Origin: a virus
Taxonomy: Duplodnaviria; Caudoviricetes
Virus record (IMG/VR): IMGVR_UViG_3300025486_000003
Coordinates: 1 to 50,969 of that record
Length of the DNA: 50,969 bases
Reading direction: 5' to 3' (one strand)
Under the pieces are notes generated by a model. The model was not told the origin of the DNA. It saw only the letters and a program-made list of their open reading frames with translations, and did no database searches. Made by a program: the position numbers and the translations under genes. Positions 26,163 through 35,929 of this stretch are shown in pieces. Each line of letters begins with the position of its first letter. The stretch's first letter is position 1.

Positions 26163-27764
26163 ATGGCTAAAAAGTTTATCCCCACCCGTTTTATGCTGCC
26201 GACTTCGCGGTATGACAAAGAGCGCGCTGACCACGCGGTAGAGTTCATCAAACTGCTTTGTCACACGAAGGGCGAATGGTCAGGGAAACAGTTTGTGCTG
26301 CTGCCGTGGCAGGAACAGATTATCCGGGATATTTTTGGCGTCATTAAGCCGGACGGGAACCGCCAGTTTACTACCGCTTTCATAACCTGCAGCAAAAAAA
26401 GCGGCAAAAGCGAACTTGCGGCAGCTGTCGCGCTGTATATGCTTTGCGCAGATGGCGAAGAAGCCGCAGAGGTCTACGGCTGCGCAAACGACCGCAAACA
26501 AAGCGCCATCGTCTTTGATGTGGCTCGGGATATGTGCCGGCTGGCACCTCCGGCGCTTCAGCGGCGTGTGAAGCTGCTCGATTCCACAAAACGCATCATC
26601 TATCACCCGACGCGCAGCTACTACCAAGCCTTGTCGAGCGAGGTGTCGACAAAATTCGGACTGAACATACACGCGACGGTATTTGATGAACTGCTCGGTC
26701 AAAAAGACCGCGAACTCTACGATGTAATGACAAAGGGCGCCGGCGCGGCAAGGAGGCAACCGCTAAATTTCGTCATTACGACCGTCAGCTCCGATACAAA
26801 CTCAATCTGTTATGAGGTGTATGCCAAGGCTCTGGATATTCTCAATGGCCGCAAGACAGATCCGACTTTTTATCCTGTCGTATTCAGCACGCCGGAGGAT
26901 GCTGACTGGACAGACCCTAAGGTATGGAAGCTGTCCAACCCGTCGCTCGGGATCACCGTCAAGGAGGAATACCTTCGTGCGATGTGTGAATCAGCGAAAC
27001 AAAATCCGGCGGAGGAGAACCATTTCAGACAGTTTCATCTTAACCAGCCTGTTAAGCAAGCCGTCCGCTGGATGCCAATGGCAAAATGGGACGCCTGCGC
27101 TTTCCCGATAGATTCAGCAAGCCTTGAGGGGCGGGTTTGCTACGGCGGGCTTGACCTCTCCTCCACTACCGACATCACCGCCTTTGTGCTGGTCTTCCCG
27201 CCGGCGGATGAGGACGACAAATACAGCGTCCTGCCGTTTTTCTGGATGCCGGAGAACAATATCAGCCTGCGCGTCCGGCGCGACCATGTGCAATACGACC
27301 TCTGGGAGAAGCAAGGCCATCTGCTTACCACCGAGGGCAACGTCGTGCATTACGGCTTCATCGAGCGCTTCATTGAGGAACTGGGCAAGCGCTACAACAT
27401 CCGCGAGATCGCCTTTGACCGCTGGGGCGCGGTGCGGATGACACAAAACCTTGAGGGCCTTGGCTTCACGGTCGTTCCTTTCGGGCAGGGCTTTAAGGAT
27501 ATGTCGCCGCCCACAAAGGAACTGATGAAGCTTACCTTGGAAGAGAAAATCGCCCATGGCGGCCATCCCGTACTGCGCTGGATGATGGATAATATCTTCA
27601 TCCGCACTGACCCGGCCGGCAATATCAAGCCTGACAAAGAAAAAAGCACAGAAAGGATCGATGGCGCGGTGGCTACCATTATGGCGCTGGATAGGGCGAT
27701 ACGGTGCGGTTCCGGCAATACCGGCGGCAGCATCTATGACGAAAGGGGGATTTGGAGTGTCTGA
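26163..27764 (+). CDS. terL: Terminase large subunit
   Basis: LLPWQ, KKSGKSEL, VFDE, GGLDLSST.D, AFDRWGA, RIDG.VA. Confidence 0.93.
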   Translation: MAKKFIPTRFMLPTSRYDKERADHAVEFIKLLCHTKGEWSGKQFVLLPWQEQIIRDIFGVIKPDGNRQFTTAFITCSKKSGKSELAAAVALYMLCADGEEAAEVYGCANDRKQSAIVFDVARDMCRLAPPALQRRVKLLDSTKRIIYHPTRSYYQALSSEVSTKFGLNIHATVFDELLGQKDRELYDVMTKGAGAARRQPLNFVITTVSSDTNSICYEVYAKALDILNGRKTDPTFYPVVFSTPEDADWTDPKVWKLSNPSLGITVKEEYLRAMCESAKQNPAEENHFRQFHLNQPVKQAVRWMPMAKWDACAFPIDSASLEGRVCYGGLDLSSTTDITAFVLVFPPADEDDKYSVLPFFWMPENNISLRVRRDHVQYDLWEKQGHLLTTEGNVVHYGFIERFIEELGKRYNIREIAFDRWGAVRMTQNLEGLGFTVVPFGQGFKDMSPPTKELMKLTLEEKIAHGGHPVLRWMMDNIFIRTDPAGNIKPDKEKSTERIDGAVATIMALDRAIRCGSGNTGGSIYDERGIWSV

Positions 27765-27984
27765 TGAGGTCAATCACCCGAAACATTATACAAGCGGCAC
27801 CATTGAGTGTATTGAAGCAATACGTGCCTCCATGACAGCTGAGGCGTTTGCCGGATATCTTAGGGGCAACTGCATGAAATACCTGTGGCGCTATAAACAC
27901 AAAGGCGGGGTGCAGGACCTGCAAAAAGGCGAGTTCTATTTAAAGGCTCTAATCCAGCTTGAACAGGAGCGTGAAAAGCGATGA
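27757..27984 (+). CDS. DUF3310-family protein
   Basis: VNHPKHY..G.IECIEAI...GN..KYLWR..HKGGVQDL.K..FYL. Confidence 0.85.
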   Translation: MSDEVNHPKHYTSGTIECIEAIRASMTAEAFAGYLRGNCMKYLWRYKHKGGVQDLQKGEFYLKALIQLEQEREKR

Positions 27985-29192
27985 GGCTGCCTTTTTTGCG
28001 CTGGTTAGTTAAAGCCAGAGACCGACCTGCAAACAGCCTGTTTGGCTCTACTTACAGCTTCTTCTTCGGCACAACATCCAGCGGCAAGAGCGTCAACGAG
28101 CGCACAGCCATGCAGACCACAGCGGTTTACGCCTGTGTTAGGATTCTAGCAGAAACCATAGCGAGCCTGCCGCTTCATACTTTCAAGCACACCGCTAGCG
28201 GCAAGGAAAAGGCGATCGAACATCCACTGTTTCATCTGCTCCATGACGAGCCAAATCCAGAGATGACTTCATTTGTGTTTCGAGAAACACTGATGGGTCA
28301 TCTTTTGCTTTGGGGAAATGCTTATGCACAGATTATTCGTGATGGCAGGGGGAAGGTCCTTGCCCTCTATCCCCTGCTGCCCGACAGGATGGTGGTTGAT
28401 AGAACGCTGGCTGGAGAGCTTTACTACGAATACCGAAAGGATACCGGTTCAGCCATTCTTCGAAAAGAGGATGTCTTGCATATTCCAGGGCTTGGTTTTG
28501 ACGGGCTGGTCGGTTACTCTCCCATCGCAATGGCAAAAAATGCTATCGGTATGGCTCTAGCCTGCGAGGAATATGGGGCCACTTTTTTCGCAAACGGCGC
28601 AAATCCGGGCGGAGTACTTGAACATCCCGGTGTGGTCAAGGACCCAAAACGAGTAAGGGACAGCTGGAACGCGGTTTATCAAGGTAGTGGAAACGCGCAT
28701 CGGATAGCAGTCTTGGAAGAAGGCATGAAGTTTCAAAGTATCGGTATTCCGCCAGAGCAAGCCCAGTTCATTGCGACGCGCAAATTTCAGATTACAGAGA
28801 TAGCTAGAATTTTCAGGATACCGCCGCACATGATTGGCGATCTTGAGAAATCCAGCTTCTCTAATATTGAGCAGCAGAGCCTTGAGTTTGTGAAGTATAC
28901 GCTCGATCCGTGGGTTGTAAGGTGGGAGCAGGCAATGCAAAGGGCGCTTCTTCCCTCTGTTGAGAAGAAGGATTATTTCATCAGGTTCAATGTAGACGGT
29001 CTCCTTCGAGGAGATTATCAAAGCAGAATGAACGGTTATGCGATTGGCCGGCAAAACGGCTGGATGTCATCAAACGATATCAGAGAGCTGGAAAATCTGA
29101 ATCGGATTCCGGATGAACTCGGCGGAGATCTCTATCTGATCAACGGCAACATGACCAAACTTGCTGATGCTGGAGCATTTTATGTAGAGTAA
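27981..29192 (+). CDS. HK97-type portal protein; last residues replaced by the RIT insertion
   Basis: VYACVRILAE.IASLP, LLWGNAY, GYSPI, IARIFRIPPH.IG, SNIEQQ. Confidence 0.93.
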   Translation: MRLPFLRWLVKARDRPANSLFGSTYSFFFGTTSSGKSVNERTAMQTTAVYACVRILAETIASLPLHTFKHTASGKEKAIEHPLFHLLHDEPNPEMTSFVFRETLMGHLLLWGNAYAQIIRDGRGKVLALYPLLPDRMVVDRTLAGELYYEYRKDTGSAILRKEDVLHIPGLGFDGLVGYSPIAMAKNAIGMALACEEYGATFFANGANPGGVLEHPGVVKDPKRVRDSWNAVYQGSGNAHRIAVLEEGMKFQSIGIPPEQAQFIATRKFQITEIARIFRIPPHMIGDLEKSSFSNIEQQSLEFVKYTLDPWVVRWEQAMQRALLPSVEKKDYFIRFNVDGLLRGDYQSRMNGYAIGRQNGWMSSNDIRELENLNRIPDELGGDLYLINGNMTKLADAGAFYVE

Positions 29193-29207
29193 GTGATTAT
29201 GTTGAGT
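29180..29207 (+). repeat. RIT left 28-bp inverted repeat
   Basis: TTATGTAGAGTAAGTGATTATGTTGAGT. Confidence 0.92.
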
Positions 29208-29312
29208 TATCATAATTGGCTTACAGTACATTGATTTTTAGCCACTTTATATGTGGCTGATTCAAAATTACTCAACATAATTTATGTATACTGTTCGTGG
29301 AGGTGTTTATCT

Positions 29313-30545
29313 ATGAACAGTAATGTTGAGTTCACAAAACTTATGCGCATGGCAAGGGACAACATGGAGGAAAACTGTTTTACTCCTACCTCTGTCACTT
29401 GCTACATGCGCACCTGGCGCAGTGTGTATAACTTCGGCCTTAGTAAAGGCATTACACAGTACAGCGCCGATTTAGCCGAGCAATATATGCTCGAGAAATA
29501 CCACGTTTCCATAGGAGAAACCCAATTGAATGGTGAATCACTTACGCCATACATGCAGCAAAAAGTTAGAGCCTTGAAAGCTTTGACAGATTTCAAGCTG
29601 CATGGGTTTGCACCTAAAATCACGCGTGGATTAGGAATTGAATGGCCTGCAGAATATGAAGAAATCTGCAAGAAACATCTTGAAGACTTGAAATCATTCG
29701 GTTATGCGGACCAAACATGGAGAAAGCATGAAATTGATTTGTTCCGCTTTGCTTCGTTTCTCCATTCAAGGGGGATTTCTCCCGAAAAAATAGAAGCAGT
29801 CCATTTGTATGACTACTTCAAAACACTCACTCATTTGTCAAAAGCTAGCCTAGTTACTATCAGAGGCACATTGGTAAGGAGTTTAAAGTTTTTCTATGCG
29901 CAAGGAAAAACGCGGCAGAATTTATCCGAATTCGTCCCTCGTATCCATTACCATGCAAAAGCAAAGATTGACAAGGTTTGGAGCGAGGAAGAAATCGAAA
30001 GGATGCTTAACGCCATTGACCGGGCCGACCCTCTTGGCAAGCGTGATTATGCAATCATGGCAATAGCAGCCAATCTTGGATTGCGCACAAGTGACATTAT
30101 TGCTTTGTCAATCGATAATTTTAACTGGAAACAGGGATGCATTAATATCACACAACAAAAGACCGGGGAGACGCTAACGCTTCCTATTCCTGAACAGATC
30201 GGCAAAGCTGTTATCGATTACTGGATGAATGGAAGGCCTAAAACCAACGCCAAGGAACTGTTTGTACAGCATACCCTTCCATACCAGAAGATTAGCAGCG
30301 GAATCATCTACCACAATTTCAACAAGTACTATGAAAGCAGTGGCATCGAAGCTCCTGATACTCGTCAGCATGGTTTGCATTCTCTAAGACACAGCCTTGC
30401 CAGCCGCCTGTTGGAAAAAGATACACCTGTAAATGTGATCAGCAATATCCTGGGGCATGTAGATTCAAATACCGCAAAAGCCTACATCCAGATCGATATT
30501 GAAAAGCTTCGTCAATGCTCTTTGGATGTGCCGGACTATGAATAA
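29313..30545 (+). CDS. Tyrosine recombinase (RitA-like)
   Basis: GGAGGT RBS; LGLRTSDI, QKTG, HSLRHS, LGH, AY. Confidence 0.92.
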   Translation: MNSNVEFTKLMRMARDNMEENCFTPTSVTCYMRTWRSVYNFGLSKGITQYSADLAEQYMLEKYHVSIGETQLNGESLTPYMQQKVRALKALTDFKLHGFAPKITRGLGIEWPAEYEEICKKHLEDLKSFGYADQTWRKHEIDLFRFASFLHSRGISPEKIEAVHLYDYFKTLTHLSKASLVTIRGTLVRSLKFFYAQGKTRQNLSEFVPRIHYHAKAKIDKVWSEEEIERMLNAIDRADPLGKRDYAIMAIAANLGLRTSDIIALSIDNFNWKQGCINITQQKTGETLTLPIPEQIGKAVIDYWMNGRPKTNAKELFVQHTLPYQKISSGIIYHNFNKYYESSGIEAPDTRQHGLHSLRHSLASRLLEKDTPVNVISNILGHVDSNTAKAYIQIDIEKLRQCSLDVPDYE

Positions 30546-31530
30546 TGAACCCGCATTAAAGCCTATACATGTTTCTGAATTATCCTCGTCATTCCAGCGG
30601 TTCCTGGAATTTAAGAGATCCACCGGATTTAAATATACTGGCGAGGAGAGAACACTTAAGTACTTTGAACGATATTGCCAGGAGCATTATCCAAATACAA
30701 ACATCCCAGAGGACGCCATTTTCATTTGGATTAATGAAAACGACAACCGAAGCCAAAAAACAAAATCCAATCATGCAGGTGTTATGACAGCCTGGGCGAA
30801 GTATATGTTTTCCCTGGGCTATATGCTTATGAGAATCCCGGACATCCGATGTCCCAGAAACACTGCGTTTGTGCCTCATATATTCACCGACCAGGAAATG
30901 ACAGCTATATGGAAGACGGTAGACCGCATACAACCGGTTAATCAGTACCCAAATCTTCACAGATGCATTCCGGTCCTTTTCCGTCTTCTCTTTAGCAGTG
31001 GTCTCAGAATATCTGAGGCTCTCGGCATTACCGCAGACGATATAGACTTTGACAATAATGTCATAACAATACGTCATGCAAAACTGGATAAAGACCGCTG
31101 GATTCCCATGAGCGATTCCATTGCCTCCGTTATGAAAAAGTATATTGAAGGCCGAAGTGACAGGATTGCCCGAGATGCCCCTATATTTTATTACCACCCG
31201 AAACAGGTGCTCACATCCAGTACTGTTTATGGACGTTTTCGCTTGACGCTTGAGAAGAGCGGTATCCCTTATGAAGGCAGCCTGCGAGGCCCAAGACTTC
31301 ATGATTTTCGGCATACTTTTGCAGTAAGAACAATGAATCGTCTTAGTGATAACGGAAATGACCTGTATGTTTTTCTACCAGTTCTTTCTGCGTACCTTGG
31401 GCATGCAAGCCTGAAATCAACTGAAAGATATATACGCTTAACAGAGGATCGCCTGTCGACTATAACTGATAGTATGCAGCTGCATCTTTCAGAAGTATTT
31501 CCGGAGGTGTCAGATGATGAAGAAATCTAA
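30538..31530 (+). CDS. Tyrosine recombinase (RitB-like)
   Basis: SGLRISEA, HDFRHTFA, YLGH, TERY. Confidence 0.92.
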   Translation: MNNEPALKPIHVSELSSSFQRFLEFKRSTGFKYTGEERTLKYFERYCQEHYPNTNIPEDAIFIWINENDNRSQKTKSNHAGVMTAWAKYMFSLGYMLMRIPDIRCPRNTAFVPHIFTDQEMTAIWKTVDRIQPVNQYPNLHRCIPVLFRLLFSSGLRISEALGITADDIDFDNNVITIRHAKLDKDRWIPMSDSIASVMKKYIEGRSDRIARDAPIFYYHPKQVLTSSTVYGRFRLTLEKSGIPYEGSLRGPRLHDFRHTFAVRTMNRLSDNGNDLYVFLPVLSAYLGHASLKSTERYIRLTEDRLSTITDSMQLHLSEVFPEVSDDEEI

Positions 31531-32575
31531 TTCCGAAACCTTTGGATACTATCTGAATAAATACCTTACAGTTTATCTTCCGGGGCAGCGCGGGTTGTCA
31601 ACCAACAGTATTCTCTCTTACAGAGATACATTTTCATTATTGATCGTCTTTCTCAAGACAGAAAAGCAGATCACTCCCGAAAAGCTTTCAATGTCGTTCC
31701 TTACCAAGAAACTTATTATTGAGTTTGCTGATTGGCTTGAAACGAACCGTAAATGCAGCCTCACCTCAAGAAACCAGAGATTTGTTGTAATCCGCAGCTT
31801 TTGCCGATGGCTTTCAACTGAAAACCCTGAATTTCTAAGGCTATCCGAGGAAATCTATGCAGTCAAGCTAAAAAAGGCGCCTAAGCCGGTTATGACATAT
31901 TTATCGGCAGAAGCAATGAAGTGCTTGTTAACACAGCCGGATTCATCTAAAAATGAAGGCCTTAGGGATTTGACTCTATTGGCTTTTACGTACGATACAG
32001 GTGCAAGAGTTAGTGAAATCACTGATCTCAAATTTAAAGATATCCGTTTTGAAGCCCCTCCGATTGTCAAGATAACTGGGAAAGGCAACAAAACGAGGAT
32101 AGTACCACTTCTTCCACAGACCATGAACTACCTTAAGGAGTACATGAAACGCTGGAAGATTAACCTTGCTGATGCTCAGGAGCAGTATGTTTTTACCAAC
32201 AGATCCGGTGGTAAACTTTCTCGTTCTGGGATCAAATATATCCTGGACAAATATGTGGAGGAGGGCAGGACAGAAAACCCTTTGCTATTTCCTGAAAAAA
32301 TCTCTCCACATACGCTTCGTCATACGAAAGCTATGCACATGCTGCAGGCCGGAAACAACATCGTGTATATCCGTGATATTTTAGGCCACTATGATCTGAA
32401 TACGACGGAAAGATACGCCCGCGCCGACACGGCATTAAAGCGAGAAGCATTGTCCAAAGCTGAGATTCCAATGCCAGAGCCTGCCGATCCATTACCGGAA
32501 GTATCTCCCGACTTTAGTGGGCACAGTGTTGAGGATGATATGGCAAACTGGTTGAAGAACTTCAGTAAAAAGTAA
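31514..32575 (+). CDS. Tyrosine recombinase (RitC-like)
   Basis: TGARVSE, GKGNKTR, PHTLRHTKA, LGH, TERY. Confidence 0.92.
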   Translation: MMKKSNSETFGYYLNKYLTVYLPGQRGLSTNSILSYRDTFSLLIVFLKTEKQITPEKLSMSFLTKKLIIEFADWLETNRKCSLTSRNQRFVVIRSFCRWLSTENPEFLRLSEEIYAVKLKKAPKPVMTYLSAEAMKCLLTQPDSSKNEGLRDLTLLAFTYDTGARVSEITDLKFKDIRFEAPPIVKITGKGNKTRIVPLLPQTMNYLKEYMKRWKINLADAQEQYVFTNRSGGKLSRSGIKYILDKYVEEGRTENPLLFPEKISPHTLRHTKAMHMLQAGNNIVYIRDILGHYDLNTTERYARADTALKREALSKAEIPMPEPADPLPEVSPDFSGHSVEDDMANWLKNFSKK

Positions 32576-32637
32576 TGTAGAGTAAGTGAGAGTAAAAGTG
32601 ACACAAAAGCACTGACTTCGGTCGGTGTTTTTCTTTT

Positions 32638-32665
32638 ACTCAACATAATCACTTACTCTACATAA
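32638..32665 (-). repeat. RIT right 28-bp inverted repeat
   Basis: ACTCAACATAATCACTTACTCTACATAA, the exact reverse complement of the left repeat. Confidence 0.92.
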
Positions 32666-32767
32666 GCGGCGATATGTGGAGCTCCACATATAACGTTTTA
32701 TGGAAAGTCCGACATAATGTAAAGCATTCGCAAATAAAAGTAGTGCGGGAAAGGAGGCAGATGAAGC

Positions 32768-33097
32768 TTGAACAAATTTTGGAATTGGGTCAAAAATGAA
32801 GAAGGCAGAACCCTCTACCTTGACGGAGCCATCGCCGAGGAAACTTGGTTTGGCGATGAGGTGACGCCTAAGCAATTTAAGGCTGAGCTAATCAGCGGCA
32901 GCGGAGACATCACCGTCTGGATTAACTCGCCGGGAGGCTGTGTCTTTGCGGCAAGCCAGATCTACAACATGCTGATGGACTACAAGGGAAAAGTTACAGT
33001 GAAAATCGATGGGATTGCCGCCAGTGCCGCATCTGTTATTGCCATGGCGGGCGGGGAGGTATTAATGTCGCCGGTTTCCATGATTATGGTGCATAAT
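32768..33097 (+). CDS. ClpP-type prohead protease, exon 1 (110 codons)
   Basis: INSPGG, GIAASAASVIAMAG (catalytic Ser), ends MIMVHN at the intron; AAGGAGG RBS before TTG. Confidence 0.9.
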
Positions 33098-35558
33098 GTG
33101 CGTCCAGATAGGGCGTTTTCAACTGCGGGAATTTAGGTGCCCGCTTCCCATAATTACGGGAAAGTCAACCTGCCTAACCGAAAGGCGAAAGCTGATACGG
33201 GAACAAAGCACGGCAGGAAAGCGGCAAGTTATCCAAAGGCTAAAGGGTACGACTGAGCCGCAATGACAAGGGGATATGAGGTTTAACCTGTGTTTGGTGA
33301 ACGTGAGGTTTTACGTCCGTTACCATAGGAACGGGGAAACTAGCCTGAAACCCCGTGCGCGACAGACTTTTGATAGGGTTGTGGTCAAAAGTGTAATTAC
33401 AGCCTCGCGCCGTGAGCAAGAGAACTTGTGTTAAGAAACCGAAAGCGAAACCGACAATTCCCACACCTGTTGAAAATGTTAACTGGAGATACCCTAAAGG
33501 TCAATGCCGCAAGGCTATGGCGGTTGCGCCTGAATATGACCCATGGGTACGGAGCGCCCATAGTAGTCCGCGAGGGATAACGACCCTTACATGGCGAAGG
33601 GGCGCAGTTTGCGCGACTTCAAGAACAATGGCGAAAGGGAGGAGAAACCTCAAATGAAACCAACGCCAGAGATTTTGGAACGTATCAGAAAAAGCTCAAC
33701 AGACCATAAAGATGGGGTGTTTACCCGACTTTACCGCTATCTTTTAAGAGAGGACGTTTACTATACGGCATATAAAAATTTGTATGCCAACAAGGGCGCA
33801 GCGACAAAAGGCACTGATAGCGATACGGCGGATGGTTTTGGTACGGAATATATCGCAAAAATTATTCAAGATTTAGCGAATATGAATTACGAGCCAAAAC
33901 CCGTGCGCAGGACGCACATTCCAAAACGAAACGGGAAAATGCGTCCGCTTGGAATCCCGTCATTCCGCGATAAAATTGTGCAGGATGTTATCAGAATGTA
34001 CCTTGAAGCAATATTTGAGCCGATATTCAGTGACCGCTCACATGGATTCAGACCGAATAGAAGCTGTCATACGGCCATACAACAAATCACCAAAGGCTTT
34101 AATGGTATAAGGTGGTTTATTGAGGGCGACATAAAAGGTTGCTTCGATAATATAGACCACTCTGTCCTGCTATCGCTGCTGTCCGAGAAAATCAAGGACT
34201 CCCGGTTTGTAAATCTGATAGGAAAGTTTCTTAAAGCGGGATATTTGGAGGACTGGAAGTATAACGCGACATACAGCGGAACGCCACAAGGCGGTATTAT
34301 CTCACCTATCCTCGCAAATATCTACTTGCATGAACTCGACAAAAAGATGGACGAACTGAAAAAGGGGTTTGACGCGCTGCCACAGCGCACCTGCACCAAA
34401 GAGTATGCGGACAAGCAGTGGGAGATTGAAAAAGTTCGCCGACAGCTTAAAGCCGCCCAAAGCGCCGAAGAAATTCAACGGCTCGTGGCTGACAAAAAGC
34501 GTTTGCATAAGGAACTTGTCAAAATCCCATGGAAAGACGCTACTGATAAAAAATTGGTATATGTGCGTTACGCGGACGATTTTCTCATTGGCGTGAACGG
34601 CACCAAGGAAGAATGCCAACAGGTAAAAACTCTTTTGAAAGAATTTCTCGCAAACCGCTTGAAACTCGAACTAAGCGATGAAAAGACCAAAATCACTCAC
34701 AGCGCAGAATACGCCAGATTTCTGGGGTATGATGTGAATGTGCGGCGGACTGGTGAACTAAAACGCCGTTCTGATGGAATTGTGCAACGCACACTCAACG
34801 GAACGGTGGAATTGCTTGTGCCGCTTGGCGAGAAAATCGAACGGTTTGTAATAGACAAAAAGATAGCGAAAGTCGGTAGAGATGGGAAATTGCAGTCACA
34901 ACACTGTAACCCTGTCCTGCACAACACAGACCTTGAAATCGTAGACCACTACAATTCGCAAACACGCGGGATATGCAACTATTATCATATGGCAAGCAAT
35001 TTCAGCAAGCTAAAATACTTTGTATACCTTATGGAGTATAGCTGCCTGAAAACACTTGCTCGGAAACATCAGATGAATATGTCGCAGATAATCCAAAAAT
35101 TCAGGTTCGGAAAAACATGGGGCATCCCCTATGTAACAAAAAGCGGTCAGAAGCAAATGGTAATCGTCCGCTTTACAGACCTGAAAAGAGGCTGGAAATA
35201 TGCTGACGATGTGGATGCAATCCCCCAAAGGCATTATGGGTTCAATGAACTTGAAAAACGCCTGAAAGCGAACAAATGCGAGTTGTGCGGCGGAGAAAGC
35301 CCCCCTTTTGAGATACACCATATCAACAAACTAAAAAATCTCAAAGGGAAAGCCATGTGGGAAAAAGTGATGATTTCAAGGAAGAGAAAAACGCTTGTGG
35401 TCTGTCAAAAATGCCATTATGAAATACATGGTAGGAGCTATCATGCGTAAAAGCGCAAATGGAGAGCCGGATACCTTGAGAGGGGTAAGTCCGGTTCGGA
35501 GGGGGGACTGCACAAACCTACCGCAGGGATGCGGCAAGGCGGTGTTTTCCTACCCTAC
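33098..35558 (+). mobile_element. Group IIA (Ll.LtrB-like) intron, 2461 nt
   Basis: 5' GTGCGTCCAGATAGGG; domain V GAGCCGGATACC...GTCCGGTTC at 35464-35497; 3' end ...CCTACCCTAC; EBS1, EBS2 and delta pair with the flanking exons. Confidence 0.95.
33654..35450 (+). CDS. ltrA: Group II intron reverse transcriptase/maturase with a C-terminal HNH domain
   Basis: MKPT.EILERI, RPLGIP, SHGFRP.RSCH, EGDIKGCFD, GTPQGG, YVRYADD, CELC...EIHHI...CQKCH. Confidence 0.95.
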   Translation: MKPTPEILERIRKSSTDHKDGVFTRLYRYLLREDVYYTAYKNLYANKGAATKGTDSDTADGFGTEYIAKIIQDLANMNYEPKPVRRTHIPKRNGKMRPLGIPSFRDKIVQDVIRMYLEAIFEPIFSDRSHGFRPNRSCHTAIQQITKGFNGIRWFIEGDIKGCFDNIDHSVLLSLLSEKIKDSRFVNLIGKFLKAGYLEDWKYNATYSGTPQGGIISPILANIYLHELDKKMDELKKGFDALPQRTCTKEYADKQWEIEKVRRQLKAAQSAEEIQRLVADKKRLHKELVKIPWKDATDKKLVYVRYADDFLIGVNGTKEECQQVKTLLKEFLANRLKLELSDEKTKITHSAEYARFLGYDVNVRRTGELKRRSDGIVQRTLNGTVELLVPLGEKIERFVIDKKIAKVGRDGKLQSQHCNPVLHNTDLEIVDHYNSQTRGICNYYHMASNFSKLKYFVYLMEYSCLKTLARKHQMNMSQIIQKFRFGKTWGIPYVTKSGQKQMVIVRFTDLKRGWKYADDVDAIPQRHYGFNELEKRLKANKCELCGGESPPFEIHHINKLKNLKGKAMWEKVMISRKRKTLVVCQKCHYEIHGRSYHA

Positions 35559-35927
35559 CCTATGACCATAGCCTTTGGCGACACAGAGGAAATGGAAAAA
35601 GCCATAGGCATGCTAAGCGAGGTGAAGGAGAGCATCATCAACGCCTACGAGTTAAAGACCGGCCTTTCAAGGGTGAAGCTGTCGCATTTGATGGATGCCG
35701 AGAGCTGGTTCAATGCAAAAAAAGCAGTAGAGCTTGGCTTTGCAGACCAGATCATGTTTTGGGATGCGGATGTGTCGGCTCCTGCAAACGAGGGAGCAAT
35801 TTTTAGCAAAATGGCGGTTATCAACTCGCTTATGAGCAAATTGCCGCGCAAAGAAAAGACATCAGGCAAACCCATTAGCGAACTCGACACGAGACTTGAA
35901 CTATTAAAATTACAAGGAGGCAATTGA
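35559..35927 (+). CDS. ClpP-type prohead protease, exon 2
   Basis: Begins PMTIAFGD; LMDAESWFNAKKAVELGFAD; joined to exon 1 it gives a 232-aa ORF containing VHNP. Confidence 0.9.
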   Translation, partial: PMTIAFGDTEEMEKAIGMLSEVKESIINAYELKTGLSRVKLSHLMDAESWFNAKKAVELGFADQIMFWDADVSAPANEGAIFSKMAVINSLMSKLPRKEKTSGKPISELDTRLELLKLQGGN

Positions 35928-35929
35928 AA

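Larger units (their letters stand above)
29180..32728 (+). mobile_element. RIT (recombinase-in-trio) element
   Basis: Three overlapping tyrosine recombinase genes; perfect 28-bp inverted repeats at 29180-29207 and 32638-32665; AGCATT direct repeat at 29174-29179 and 32723-32728; removal restores the portal C-terminus. Confidence 0.92.

Noticed and set aside
32768-33136. The 122-aa ORF here and the 132-aa ORF at 35529-35927 as separate genes or pseudogenes
   Set aside because: They are the two exons of one ClpP gene read into intron sequence.
33240-33657. Short ORFs within the intron 5' region
   Set aside because: They fall in the structured ribozyme domains; the IEP start at 33654 has its own RBS.
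33654-35450. Reverse transcriptase as part of a diversity-generating retroelement or retron
   Set aside because: It has YADD, maturase and HNH domains inside a full group II intron structure; I saw no TR/VR pair with adenine-specific mismatches and no Avd-like gene.
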